A stretch of DNA of 64,000 nt from Vicinamibacteria bacterium (GTDB lineage: Bacteria; Acidobacteriota; Vicinamibacteria; Vicinamibacterales; UBA8438): the NCBI GenBank assembly GCA_963578725.1, contig CAUZDS010000011.1, positions 32,304 to 96,303 on the forward strand, in the 5' to 3' direction. Positions 11,830 through 20,470 of the stretch are shown here, piece after piece (the first letter of the stretch is position 1; the number at the start of each line of letters is the position of its first letter). The translations under genes were made by a program, and so were the position numbers. The notes under the pieces are model-generated. The model was given only the letters and a program-made list of their open reading frames with translations. It did not search any database and was not told the DNA's origin.

Positions 11830-11858
11830 TCCTCTCGACGCTGGACATGGTCGAGGAA
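11830..11858 (-). promoter_or_regulatory. Candidate SD-sequestering hairpin in the clpC 5' leader
   Basis: mRNA reads UUCCUCGAC-N10-GUCGAGAGGA. The 3' arm contains the GAGAGGA Shine-Dalgarno, which ends 5 nt before the ATG at 11825. Confidence 0.3.
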
Positions 11859-11879
11859 GCTCAGACAACTACGTCGTCC

Positions 11880-11914
11880 ATTATAAGGCAAAGCTGGCCG
11901 AAGACAGGCAAAGC
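11880..11914 (-). promoter_or_regulatory. Candidate clpC promoter: perfect TATAAT plus 9-bp direct repeats
   Basis: Minus strand reads GCTTTGCCT-N11-GCTTTGCCT-TATAAT. No recognisable -35 hexamer at 16-18 nt. Confidence 0.3.
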
Positions 11915-11987
11915 CGGGCCGATGCCAGGCTAGGGATTTGACCAGAAAGTGCATGGGGAATAATGATTTACGGCCCCCACGGCCGGT

Positions 11988-12683
11988 TCACACAGGGCGG
12001 AGACGCCCATTCTCAAGCCGCAGCACGTGGTCGCAGGACCCGGCTAGCCGCATATTGTGGGTGGCAATGAGCGACGTGAGCCCATAGGCCGTGTGCATCC
12101 GGCGCAGCAGGGCCTGCAGTTCCTCACCGGTCTGTGTGTCGAGGTCGCCGGTCGGTTCATCAGCCAGCAACAGCGCCGGCTTCATGACCAGTGCCCGCGC
12201 AACCGCCACGCGTTGCTGCTCGCCGCCGGACAGCATTCCGGGCCGATGCGACACCCGGTCACCGAGTCCGACCTCCCTCAGGAGCGTCTCGGCGAGCGGT
12301 CGCGCCGCGCAGGCCGACATTCTGGCAATCCGCAATGGCATCGCCACGTTCTCGGCCGCTGTGAACTCCGGCAGCAGATGATGAAACTGGAACACGAACC
12401 CGACCTGCCGGTTTCGGAACGTGACACGTGCGTCGTCGTCGGCAGCCGTCATGTCGGTGCCACCGATCCGTATAGTGCCCGCGTCGATCTTGTCGAGCCC
12501 GCCGACCAGCTGCAACAGGGTGCTCTTCCCCACTCCCGATGCGCCGACAATGGCGACCATCTCGCCCTTCTCGACGGCCAGATCGAGCCCTCGAAGCACC
12601 GGTAGCTGACGATCACCCACGGTGTAGGACTTGGCGAGCGCGCGAACGTCCACGAAAGGCATGGGGAGAACGGACACGGTCAT
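11988..12683 (-). CDS. lolD: Lipoprotein-releasing ABC transporter ATP-binding protein LolD-like
   Basis: Walker A GASGVGKST, signature LSGGEQQRVAVARAL, Walker B LLLADEPTGDLD. Adjacent to a LolC/E-type permease gene. Confidence 0.8.
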   Translation of the reverse strand: MTVSVLPMPFVDVRALAKSYTVGDRQLPVLRGLDLAVEKGEMVAIVGASGVGKSTLLQLVGGLDKIDAGTIRIGGTDMTAADDDARVTFRNRQVGFVFQFHHLLPEFTAAENVAMPLRIARMSACAARPLAETLLREVGLGDRVSHRPGMLSGGEQQRVAVARALVMKPALLLADEPTGDLDTQTGEELQALLRRMHTAYGLTSLIATHNMRLAGSCDHVLRLENGRLRPV

Positions 12684-12738
12684 GAGACAGGCGACAGGAG
12701 ACAGTTAGGCGGTCCTCCGCCTCCTGTTTTCCAGGTCA

Positions 12739-13977
12739 TCACTGATACCTCAGCGCCTCAGCCGGGTCGAGACGGGAGGCCTGACGGGAGGGATAGAGCG
12801 TGGCGAGTAAACAGATCAGCAGTGCGGCGCCGATGACGAGGAAAAACTCTGCGAATTCGATCGTGAACGGGACCCACGCGATGTCGTACACGTCGATCGG
12901 CACCTGAATCAACTGATAGTGATCGGCGAAATGGGAGATGGCGAATCCACACACCGCCCCGACCGCCGTCCCGACCAACCCGATGATGCCGCCCTGCAGG
13001 ATGAAGATGCCGCGGATGCTGCGTGACGTGGCTCCCATGGTCTTCAGGATGGCGATGTCCCGGCTCTTCTCCATCACGAGGAGGATCAGCGACGCCACGA
13101 TGTTGAGCGCTGCAACCATCATAATCAGTCCGATGGTGATCGAGATCGCCATCTTCTCGAGCCGGAGCGCCGAGAACAGGGCCCGGTTCATCTGGGACCA
13201 GTCCTCGGCCAGATATCCTGGTCCGACGGTCTCGGGGACCGCGCGTGCCACGACCGGCGCGTCGTCGAGATCCGCCACACGCAGCTCCATCATGTCGACC
13301 CGGTCTTTGTTGAACAACCGGCCGGCCACGTCGATCGTGACGAACCCGTACGCGTTGTCGTACTCGTACAACCCGAGACTGAAAATGCCAACCACTGTGA
13401 GCTGGCGCGGACGCGGGATCATACCCATCGGCGAGAGGGTCGAGCTCTGCGGCGTCAGCACCGTCACGACGTCGCCCACGAACGCCCCCAGCTGCAACGC
13501 GAGTTCCTCCCCGATGACCACCCCACCGAGCCCCACTTCCTGCGACTCGTACAACGCCTTCAAACTGCCGTGCCGCACTGAGCGGGCGACCTCGGTGACC
13601 TCCTCCTCCAGGTCCGGATCAATGCCCTTGATGGAAATGAACGCCTCGCCGCCACCGGCCGTGGCCACCGCCTTGCCGAGTATCGACGGAGCTGCCGCAA
13701 TCACACCCGGCACCACACTGAGCTTCCGGACCTCCTCGCGGTAGTCGTCGAACCCGCCGCCGGTGAGCTTCCACACGTAGACGTGCGCCGACGCGCCGAT
13801 GATCCGGTCACGCAGCTCCTGCTGCATCCCAGTCATGAGCGCCAGCGCGATCACCAGCGCCATGACGCCGACCGCTACCCCCGCGGTGGAGACCACGGAG
13901 ATGAGCGAGATGAATGCCTGCCGGCGACGCGCGAGCAGATACCGGGTCGCAATGTAAAGCTCGAAGCGCGGGGTCAT
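12739..13977 (-). CDS. Lipoprotein-releasing system permease LolC/LolE (FtsX/MacB type)
   Basis: MTPRFELYIATRYLLARRRQAFISLIS start and a C-terminal FtsX-type TM bundle. ATG at 13977 is preferred over the ORF-track start at 14157. Confidence 0.8.
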   Translation of the reverse strand: MTPRFELYIATRYLLARRRQAFISLISVVSTAGVAVGVMALVIALALMTGMQQELRDRIIGASAHVYVWKLTGGGFDDYREEVRKLSVVPGVIAAAPSILGKAVATAGGGEAFISIKGIDPDLEEEVTEVARSVRHGSLKALYESQEVGLGGVVIGEELALQLGAFVGDVVTVLTPQSSTLSPMGMIPRPRQLTVVGIFSLGLYEYDNAYGFVTIDVAGRLFNKDRVDMMELRVADLDDAPVVARAVPETVGPGYLAEDWSQMNRALFSALRLEKMAISITIGLIMMVAALNIVASLILLVMEKSRDIAILKTMGATSRSIRGIFILQGGIIGLVGTAVGAVCGFAISHFADHYQLIQVPIDVYDIAWVPFTIEFAEFFLVIGAALLICLLATLYPSRQASRLDPAEALRYQ

Positions 13978-14077
13978 GAGATCGGGCTTCGGACGAGACT
14001 CCTTGAACAGAGTGTATCGTGACGGCGGACTGGCGTTGTGATCGCCTGTCTTCCGCGATGACCGCGAAAACCTCCCT

Positions 14078-15622
14078 TCACGTGGCTGGGCTGTGAGGCG
14101 GCGCGTCGTCAGAGCCCGCCTTGCCTGAGCGCAGGAGCGGGAACAGAACGACGTCACGGATCGACGGACTGTCGGTCAACACCATCACGAGCCGATCGAC
14201 CCCGACCCCTTCACCCGCAGTCGGCGGCAGGCCGTACTCGAGCGCCAGGATATAATCTTCGTCCATCTGGTGCGCCGTGAGGTCGCCCCCCTGACGGTTG
14301 CGCAACTGAGCCTCGAACCGGCGGCGCTGCTCGACAGGGTCGTTGAGCTCGCTGAAGGCGTTGGCCAGCTCCATACCAGCCACGAACAGCTCGAAGCGCT
14401 CCACGGTGTCCGGATCGTCGTCACGCTGCTTGGAGAGCGGTGACACCTCGGTCGGAAAGTCGTGGATGAAGGTAGGCTGGATCAGCGATGGCTCACACAG
14501 TGTCTCGAAGATCCTGACCGTGATCTTCCCGGCCCCCTGGTCGGGGGCCGGCTTCAGCCCGAGCCGGGTGGCCAGCGCCGCCGTGGTGTCTCGCATCCGC
14601 AGATCCTGTTCGGACACGGGCACGCCGAGATGCGCGGCAACTGCCTCGCGAACCGCTTGCCGAAGCGGTACACGCGGGTATGGCGGACGGAACGACAAGG
14701 TCTGCTCGCCAAAGGTCACTTCGTCACCCCCGGTGACCTCGCGTGCGACGGTAGCCAGCAACTGCTCAGTCATCGCCATCAGGTCCTGATAGTCGCTGTA
14801 GGCCTGATAGAACTCCAACATTGTGAACTCCGGATTATGCCGGGTCGAGACACCCTCGTTCCTGAAATTTCGGTTGATCTCGAAGACCCGTGCGACACCG
14901 CCCACGACCAGGCGCTTGAGATACAACTCGGGCGCCACCCGCAGGTAGAGCGGCATGTCGTGCGCATTGTGATGTGTCACGAACGGCCGGGCCAGCGCGC
15001 CACCAGCAACCGGCTGCATCATCGGAGTCTCGACCTCGAGATAGCCCCGGTCCGTCAGAAAGGCCCGGATCGTCGTCAGCACCCGCGCGCGGAGCTCGAA
15101 CACCCGACGCGACGTCGGGTTGACGATCAGGTCCACATACCGCTGGCGGTACCGGGTCTCGACGTCAGTCAGTCCATGCCACTTCTCAGGCAACGGTACG
15201 AGGCACTTGGCGAGAAACTCGAGCCGCGAGGCCCAGACTGTAAGCTCATTGGAACGGGTTCGGAAAAGCCGCCCCTCGACCCCGATGAGATCCCCGATGT
15301 CCAGCAACGCCGCGATCTTGAAGTCCCGCTCGGACAGGGCGTCCTGCCGAACGTAGACCTGCAGCCGGGTCACCCCGTCCGAGATCACGAAGAACCTGGC
15401 CTTGCCGAAACTCCGGATGATCAGGACCCGGCCAGCTGACGTGGTCTGGATCTGCGCGGTTTCCAGATCGGCGCCGCCGGTCTCGCCGTGCGCGGTCACG
15501 ATTGCCGACACGGTGTCAGTACACCGAAACGCATGCGGGTACGCCGGCACGCCGAGCTCGACGAGCGCCGCCAGGTTGGCGCGCCGTTGTACGCGCAGGT
15601 CACTCTCTCGAGGTTCAGACAT
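14078..15622 (-). CDS. lysS: Lysine--tRNA ligase (class II)
   Basis: OB-fold N-domain, then FLEVETPMMQ, RNEG and GLPPTAGEGVGVDRLVM motifs. ATG at 15622. Confidence 0.9.
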   Translation of the reverse strand: MSEPRESDLRVQRRANLAALVELGVPAYPHAFRCTDTVSAIVTAHGETGGADLETAQIQTTSAGRVLIIRSFGKARFFVISDGVTRLQVYVRQDALSERDFKIAALLDIGDLIGVEGRLFRTRSNELTVWASRLEFLAKCLVPLPEKWHGLTDVETRYRQRYVDLIVNPTSRRVFELRARVLTTIRAFLTDRGYLEVETPMMQPVAGGALARPFVTHHNAHDMPLYLRVAPELYLKRLVVGGVARVFEINRNFRNEGVSTRHNPEFTMLEFYQAYSDYQDLMAMTEQLLATVAREVTGGDEVTFGEQTLSFRPPYPRVPLRQAVREAVAAHLGVPVSEQDLRMRDTTAALATRLGLKPAPDQGAGKITVRIFETLCEPSLIQPTFIHDFPTEVSPLSKQRDDDPDTVERFELFVAGMELANAFSELNDPVEQRRRFEAQLRNRQGGDLTAHQMDEDYILALEYGLPPTAGEGVGVDRLVMVLTDSPSIRDVVLFPLLRSGKAGSDDAPPHSPAT

Positions 15623-15789
15623 GGATCCAGTCGTGGCTGCGCGCCGGTCTCCGGCACATCGACAGGTCACCGCAGCATACAGCGACGCCCTCGGTCGCTC
15701 GTGACTCCCGCCTGAGGTCCGCCTTCAGCCCTCGGCTCCAGGACAGCAGGCTGGGAACCGGGAGCTTCGAGCTCGGCACAGGGTCCGGG

Positions 15790-16233
15790 CTAGTCAGCCC
15801 CCTCCTCCAGGCGGCACTTGACGGCATCGAGCACACCATTGACGAAGCCGGCGGATTGTTCACCGCCGTAACGCTTCGCCAGCTCCAGCGCCTCGTCTAT
15901 CACGACCGCAGGGGGCGTCACGGCGGCCAGCAGCTCGTAGACCCCAAGTCGCAGAATTGCCCGGTCCACCACCGCCATCCGAGAGAGGCGCCAGTTATCC
16001 GCCGCCGTCTCGAGGAGCGGGTCGATCCGGTCCAACGCCTCGATGACACCATCCAGCAGAGTCGTCGCGAACACCCGGTGGGCTGGGCCTGAGGAATGCC
16101 CGACCCAGTAACACCGCACCGCCTCCTCTAGCTCCGCCCCGGTCGCGCCGCCGACCTCCCGCTGATAGAGCAACTGGAGCGCCGCCACGCGGCCGCGGTG
16201 GCGTTCGTCGCGAGCAGACCGCGCCGCACTCAC
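15790..16233 (-). CDS. nusB: Transcription antitermination factor NusB
   Basis: RGRVAALQLLYQ...DRAILRLGVYELL...INEALELAKRYG-like motifs. GTG at 16233 gives a GTGA overlap with the ribH stop. Classic ribH-nusB synteny. Confidence 0.85.
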   Translation of the reverse strand: MSAARSARDERHRGRVAALQLLYQREVGGATGAELEEAVRCYWVGHSSGPAHRVFATTLLDGVIEALDRIDPLLETAADNWRLSRMAVVDRAILRLGVYELLAAVTPPAVVIDEALELAKRYGGEQSAGFVNGVLDAVKCRLEEGAD

Positions 16234-16721
16234 CGTCCGGGCTCCGGCTCCAGTGGCGTCAGCCGGCGGAACAGCCGGATCATCTCCAGGGCCGCCTCGG
16301 CCGCCTCCCACCCCTTGTTCGCGGCACCAGACCCGGCGCGCGCCAACGCCTCCTCGGCCGAGTTGGTCGTGAGCACTCCGAACGTGGTCGGAATCCCGCT
16401 GGAGAGCGCCACCATCGTGATGCCGTGCGCCACGGCCGACGCAAGGAAGTCGAAGTGCGGCGTCTCCCCGCGGATCACACATCCGAGGCAGACAACCGCG
16501 TCCACCCCACCGGACGCTGACAGCTTGTGCGCCGCCTGGGGAATCTCGAACGCGCCCGGCACGGTGACCACCACGATCGCGTCGGCCGCGACGCCGGCTG
16601 CCTGTAACGCCTCGACCGCGCCGTCCCGTAATCGGTTGGTGACAAAGTCGTTGTAGGTCGATACGACAATGCCAACCCTGCAGTCGCTCACCCCCCCGGT
16701 CGACGTCGGAGTCTCCATCAC
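16230..16721 (-). CDS. ribH: 6,7-dimethyl-8-ribityllumazine synthase
   Basis: RVGIVVSTYNDFVTNRL...VPGAFEIP...CLGCVIRGETPHFDF motifs. Confidence 0.9.
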   Translation of the reverse strand: MMETPTSTGGVSDCRVGIVVSTYNDFVTNRLRDGAVEALQAAGVAADAIVVVTVPGAFEIPQAAHKLSASGGVDAVVCLGCVIRGETPHFDFLASAVAHGITMVALSSGIPTTFGVLTTNSAEEALARAGSGAANKGWEAAEAALEMIRLFRRLTPLEPEPGR

Positions 16722-16726
16722 GGTGC

Positions 16727-17509
16727 CTAGCGCCCCGTGAACCGCGGTGTGCGCTTTTCTAAAAAGGCGGTGGTGCCTTCGCGCACATCCTCGCTCGCGT
16801 ACACCAGACCGAACATCGACGCCTCGAACGCCGCCGCCTCGGCGAGGGGCATGTCCAAACCGCGATGCACCGACTCGAGGATGTGCCGAACCGCCACGGG
16901 GGCTTGCGCCGCCAGGGTCACGGCGAGCCGCCTCATCTCATCGGCCAGCGCCGCCGGCGGCACCACTCGATTAACCAACCCGATCCGCCTGGCCTCTTCT
17001 GCGTCGATCGGCGCCCCGGTCAGGAGCAGCTCGAGCGCGCGGCCCCGGCCGACCAAACGCGGCAGACGCTGCGTGCCGCCGAACCCGGGAATCAGCCCCA
17101 GGGCAATCTCCGGCTGACCGATCTTCGCCGTCGTAACGGCGATCCGGAACGTGCACGCCATGGCGATCTCGCAGCCTCCCCCGAGCGCGAAACCGTTGAT
17201 CGCGGCGATGACCGGCTTGCCCAGACCCTCGATCAAGGCGCACAGCCGGTGCCCTGCAACCGACACCGCGCGGGCGGCAGTCGGTGTCAGACGCGCCAAT
17301 TCGTCGATGTCCGCCCCGGCGACGAAGGCGCGATCACCGGCACCGGTCAGCACGACGCAGCGGATCTCCTCGTCCTGCCCCAGATCGGTCATCACCCCCG
17401 TGAGGGTCCGGACAGTGCGCGCGTCGAGAGCGTTCAGCACCGCAGGACGGTTGACGGTCACCGTCGCGACGGCGCCGTCGCGCGAGGTCAGCACCTGATC
17501 GTCACTCAT
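16727..17509 (-). CDS. Enoyl-CoA hydratase/isomerase (crotonase) family protein
   Basis: VLTGAGDRAFVAGADI...INGFALGGGCEIAMACTFRIA motifs. Confidence 0.85.
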   Translation of the reverse strand: MSDDQVLTSRDGAVATVTVNRPAVLNALDARTVRTLTGVMTDLGQDEEIRCVVLTGAGDRAFVAGADIDELARLTPTAARAVSVAGHRLCALIEGLGKPVIAAINGFALGGGCEIAMACTFRIAVTTAKIGQPEIALGLIPGFGGTQRLPRLVGRGRALELLLTGAPIDAEEARRIGLVNRVVPPAALADEMRRLAVTLAAQAPVAVRHILESVHRGLDMPLAEAAAFEASMFGLVYASEDVREGTTAFLEKRTPRFTGR

Positions 17510-17604
17510 GGGTGTCTACTATCCGTCACTATACTTCAGCAGTCCGAGGTGACCGCCGCGTGGTAGCCGAGCGGCGGCGACGCTTTCTCTCTTATCGCCC
17601 CATG

Positions 17605-18006
17605 TCAGTCTGGCGCCACGTCACAGTCGGTGCGATGCTGGGCTTTCACCACGGACTGCCAGGTCCGGATCAGGCCGACTGCCACCATCGCCCCAACGGC
17701 GTCTGCGGTCAGATCGGCAACCTCGGTCGTGCGCTCCGGCACGAAGGCCTGATGCAACTCATCAGTGACACCGTAGAGAACTGCCAGCAGCACGGAAAGC
17801 CAGGCGGCCCAGCCGGTCACACCCTGCCAGCTCGCGTCGGCGAGCCCCCGCAGCAGCAACGCCGCGAGGACACCGTACTCCAGTGCATGCGCCACACCGT
17901 CGTCGACGCGCTCGGCGCCAGGCGGCAGCCGCGACATCGAGGACAGGACAAAGATGAGCACCATCATCGCCCAAGCCGGTCCCCAGATCCGTACGCGACG
18001 CCTCAT
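17605..18006 (-). CDS. VanZ-like family membrane protein
   Basis: 133 aa with four TM segments. DGVAHALEYGVLAALL and GVTDELHQAFVPERT are typical of VanZ. Confidence 0.7.
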   Translation of the reverse strand: MRRRVRIWGPAWAMMVLIFVLSSMSRLPPGAERVDDGVAHALEYGVLAALLLRGLADASWQGVTGWAAWLSVLLAVLYGVTDELHQAFVPERTTEVADLTADAVGAMVAVGLIRTWQSVVKAQHRTDCDVAPD

Positions 18007-18109
18007 GCCGTCCGACCGCCCAGCCAGTCGTCGGTGCGACGTCGCCGGGCCGCGCTTCGCTCCTGACGCGACCAGAAGTGTCTCGCGAACGTCACGCTGT
18101 CACCACGGA

Positions 18110-18283
18110 TCACAACGGAAACGGGTACAAGATCCAGCCAAACACCACGGCCGTGGCCACGAAGCTCACGAAAAGCATGCCGCCGAACTTCACCTGGTCT
18201 ACCGGTTCGTCCTTCATAATCACAGCGAAGACCAGCGACACGAACCCCGCGAAGATCACCATCAGGAAGAAGTGGCTCTGCAT
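18110..18283 (-). CDS. Hypothetical 57-aa two-TM membrane protein (below the ORF-track cutoff)
   Basis: Own translation: MQSHFFLMVIFAGFVSLVFAVIMKDEPVDQVKFGGMLFVSFVATAVVFGWILYPFPL. G/C-rich third codon positions like the neighbours. ATG lies 6 nt after the stop of the upstream membrane-protein gene. Confidence 0.5.
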   Translation of the reverse strand: MQSHFFLMVIFAGFVSLVFAVIMKDEPVDQVKFGGMLFVSFVATAVVFGWILYPFPL

Positions 18284-18289
18284 CGGGGA

Positions 18290-18727
18290 CTACTTCCGGC
18301 CGAGCGCCACGTCGTAGGCGTCAAGACAGACCAGCATGTTCAGCAGCCCGGATACGATCGTGAACGTATTGCCATACTCGAAGGTCGCGGCCACGACGCG
18401 ACCTTCGCCAAGCCCACTGACGGTTGCAATCAGATACGGCAGGCCGTTCCCGAGATCCGCGAGCGCCGCCAGCAGGGAAAGCGGCTGGCCCGGGTCGAGC
18501 GGAAAGAGCCGTCCCTCGAGCCACAATCCGATGGCGAACATCAGGGGCAAGATGACCAGGAAGATGAGACCCTTCTGGCGCCGCCCCAGCCAGAGATGCC
18601 CGCCCCCGGGAATCACCCAGCCGAGCGCGGCGACCGCCATCGCCAGACTCGTATCGGGATCGGACACGACCGGGCCTGGCTTCGCCGCTACGCGAGCTCG
18701 CCGCGAATCACGAGACTTGCGACCCAT
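18290..18727 (-). CDS. Hypothetical integral membrane protein (PGGGHLWLGRRQKG motif)
   Basis: ORF 18290..18976. The N-terminal part overlaps the DUF2085 gene, so ATG at 18727 (MGRKSRD) or 18640 (MAVAALGW) is more likely. Three to four TM segments. Confidence 0.5.
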   Translation of the reverse strand: MGRKSRDSRRARVAAKPGPVVSDPDTSLAMAVAALGWVIPGGGHLWLGRRQKGLIFLVILPLMFAIGLWLEGRLFPLDPGQPLSLLAALADLGNGLPYLIATVSGLGEGRVVAATFEYGNTFTIVSGLLNMLVCLDAYDVALGRK

Positions 18728-19389
18728 GTCACCGCCACTCCCAGCGGCACCGCCGCCACGGCCCGCAGCCCATCTGCGTATGGCAGCCACCCGACAGCTT
18801 CCGCCAGCCAAGTCACACCCGTCGGCCCCGCTGCCGCCAGCACCATCAGGTGGAGCGACGGCGACGACCCCAAGGCTGTCATCCGGCCTCCACCGGACGT
18901 GAAGTTCCCGAGCGGGGATTCGCGACCGGCTTCCCGGCCGGGTATCTCGACCGGCGGCGTGGCGCCCACGCCGCATCCTGCCTGATTACGCCTGCGTTGC
19001 GCCGTGCACTGGCTGGACGTGACATCGAGTACGACGTGTAGGATGCCAGAACACCCGTCCGCCAACCTCCGAAACGGGACGCCGGCACCGGCCAGCAGGA
19101 CTCCGACCGTTGCGCCTAGATACAGCCCAGCGCACCGTGCGCAGACCGGCATCTGCACCCCACGAAGCCGGAACGACCGATCCGGTCGCTGGTGACAGAT
19201 GATGCTACCGACCAGATAGGTACCGGCTGAGGTCGCCGTCACGGCACGTTCGCCCGTCTCGTGGGCCAGTAGTAACGGCACCGTCACCAGCATCAGCATC
19301 CAGGCCAGTGTCACGATCAGGAATCCCTGCGCAAGCCACGCACGCGGGCGGCGGGCGAGCTCCAACGTGCCTCCGACACGCATCGTCAT
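18688..19389 (-). CDS. DUF2085-like membrane protein
   Basis: ICHQRPDRSF...MPVCARCAGLYLG motif between TM helices. Confidence 0.65.
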   Translation of the reverse strand: MTMRVGGTLELARRPRAWLAQGFLIVTLAWMLMLVTVPLLLAHETGERAVTATSAGTYLVGSIICHQRPDRSFRLRGVQMPVCARCAGLYLGATVGVLLAGAGVPFRRLADGCSGILHVVLDVTSSQCTAQRRRNQAGCGVGATPPVEIPGREAGRESPLGNFTSGGGRMTALGSSPSLHLMVLAAAGPTGVTWLAEAVGWLPYADGLRAVAAVPLGVAVTWVASLVIRGELA

Positions 19390-20417
19390 AACGCTTCGAA
19401 GTGCGTCAGGCGCTTGAACGCGTCGAACCGGTCGCGCAGCTCAGCCGGTGTTAGCCGCAACAGTCGATCGAGCCCGAAGTCCTCGACCGCGAAGGAGGCC
19501 AGCGCGCTGCCCGCGATGACACCGCGGGTAACGACCGCTTCGGTGATCTCCCCGGCGGCGGCCAGATACCCCATGAATCCGCCGGCAAACGTGTCCCCGG
19601 CACCGGTCGGGTCAGACACCTCCTCGAGCGGCATCGCCGGAGCGGCGAAGAACCCCTGGTCGCCTGTCATGAGGACGCCGTACTCGCCCCGCTTGATGAT
19701 CAGCAGCTTGGGTCCCATACGCTGGATGGCGCGCGCCGCCTTCACGAGGTTCGCCTCACCGCTCAGCTCGCGGGCCTCCTCGTCGTTGATCACGAGCGCG
19801 TCGACCCGCTCGAGCACCTGCCGCAACTCGGCCGGCGTGCCTTCGATCCAGTAGTTCATCGTGTCGGCGGCGACGAACTGCGGCGCGCTCACTTGGTCGA
19901 GTACCTGCAACTGCAACGCCGGGTGGATGTTGGCGAGAAACACGAACGGTGTCGGTCGGTAGCTCTCCGGCAACACCGGGCGAAACTGGTCGAAAACGTT
20001 GAGGTGGGTGTAAATCGTCTCGCGGCTGTTGAGATTAAAACTGTATTCGCCCTTCCAGCGAAAGGTCTCGCCAGGCACACGTTGCAGCCCGGTCAGGTCG
20101 ATACGACGGCCGGAGAAGACCCGCATCTGCTCCTCCACGAAGTCGTCACCGACGACCGCCACCATACGTACATCGGTGAAGAAGGATGCCGCGATGCTGA
20201 AATACGTGGCGGCGCCCCCGACCACACGCGAGACTTCTCCAAACGGTGTCTTGATGGAATCGAACGCGACGGACCCGACCGTGAGGATTGGCTGCAATGG
20301 GCTGTGCTCTCTTCTGGAATCCCGTGGCGTCCAGGTCCGCCATCGGACGCGGTCATGCTCCGACTCTCGCGCGGGGCTTCCGTCTGAAGCGCACTCGGTA
20401 AACGGCCCGCTGATCAC
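19386..20417 (-). CDS. PfkB-family carbohydrate/nucleoside kinase
   Basis: DPTGAGDTFAGGF signature and GGAATYFS. Homology begins near PILTVGSVAFD, so a TTG at 20297 is an alternative start. ATGA overlap with the downstream DUF2085 gene (start 19389). Confidence 0.8.
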   Translation of the reverse strand: MISGPFTECASDGSPARESEHDRVRWRTWTPRDSRREHSPLQPILTVGSVAFDSIKTPFGEVSRVVGGAATYFSIAASFFTDVRMVAVVGDDFVEEQMRVFSGRRIDLTGLQRVPGETFRWKGEYSFNLNSRETIYTHLNVFDQFRPVLPESYRPTPFVFLANIHPALQLQVLDQVSAPQFVAADTMNYWIEGTPAELRQVLERVDALVINDEEARELSGEANLVKAARAIQRMGPKLLIIKRGEYGVLMTGDQGFFAAPAMPLEEVSDPTGAGDTFAGGFMGYLAAAGEITEAVVTRGVIAGSALASFAVEDFGLDRLLRLTPAELRDRFDAFKRLTHFEAL

Positions 20418-20470
20418 GCGCTCCTGGCTCGTTGCGAGTGCCGAAACAGCGACACCACCTGACGTCGTTA

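Noticed and set aside
11937-11943. GGTCAAA heptad (CtsR-box half site) upstream of clpC
   Set aside because: Only one heptad is present, whereas CtsR needs a tandem pair. CtsR is a Firmicute regulator and none is seen here.
11971-11985. CGGCC-GTGGG-GGCCG hairpin after lolD as an intrinsic terminator
   Set aside because: The stem is only 5 bp and is followed by UAAAUCAUUAUU rather than a U-tract. It is too weak to call.
15689-15701. 13-mer CCTCGGTCGCTCG, the reverse complement of the repeat core CGAGCGACCGAGG (36412..36424)
   Set aside because: The flanks do not align with the repeat, so it is probably a chance GC-rich match. It is worth rechecking only if a genome-wide model is built.
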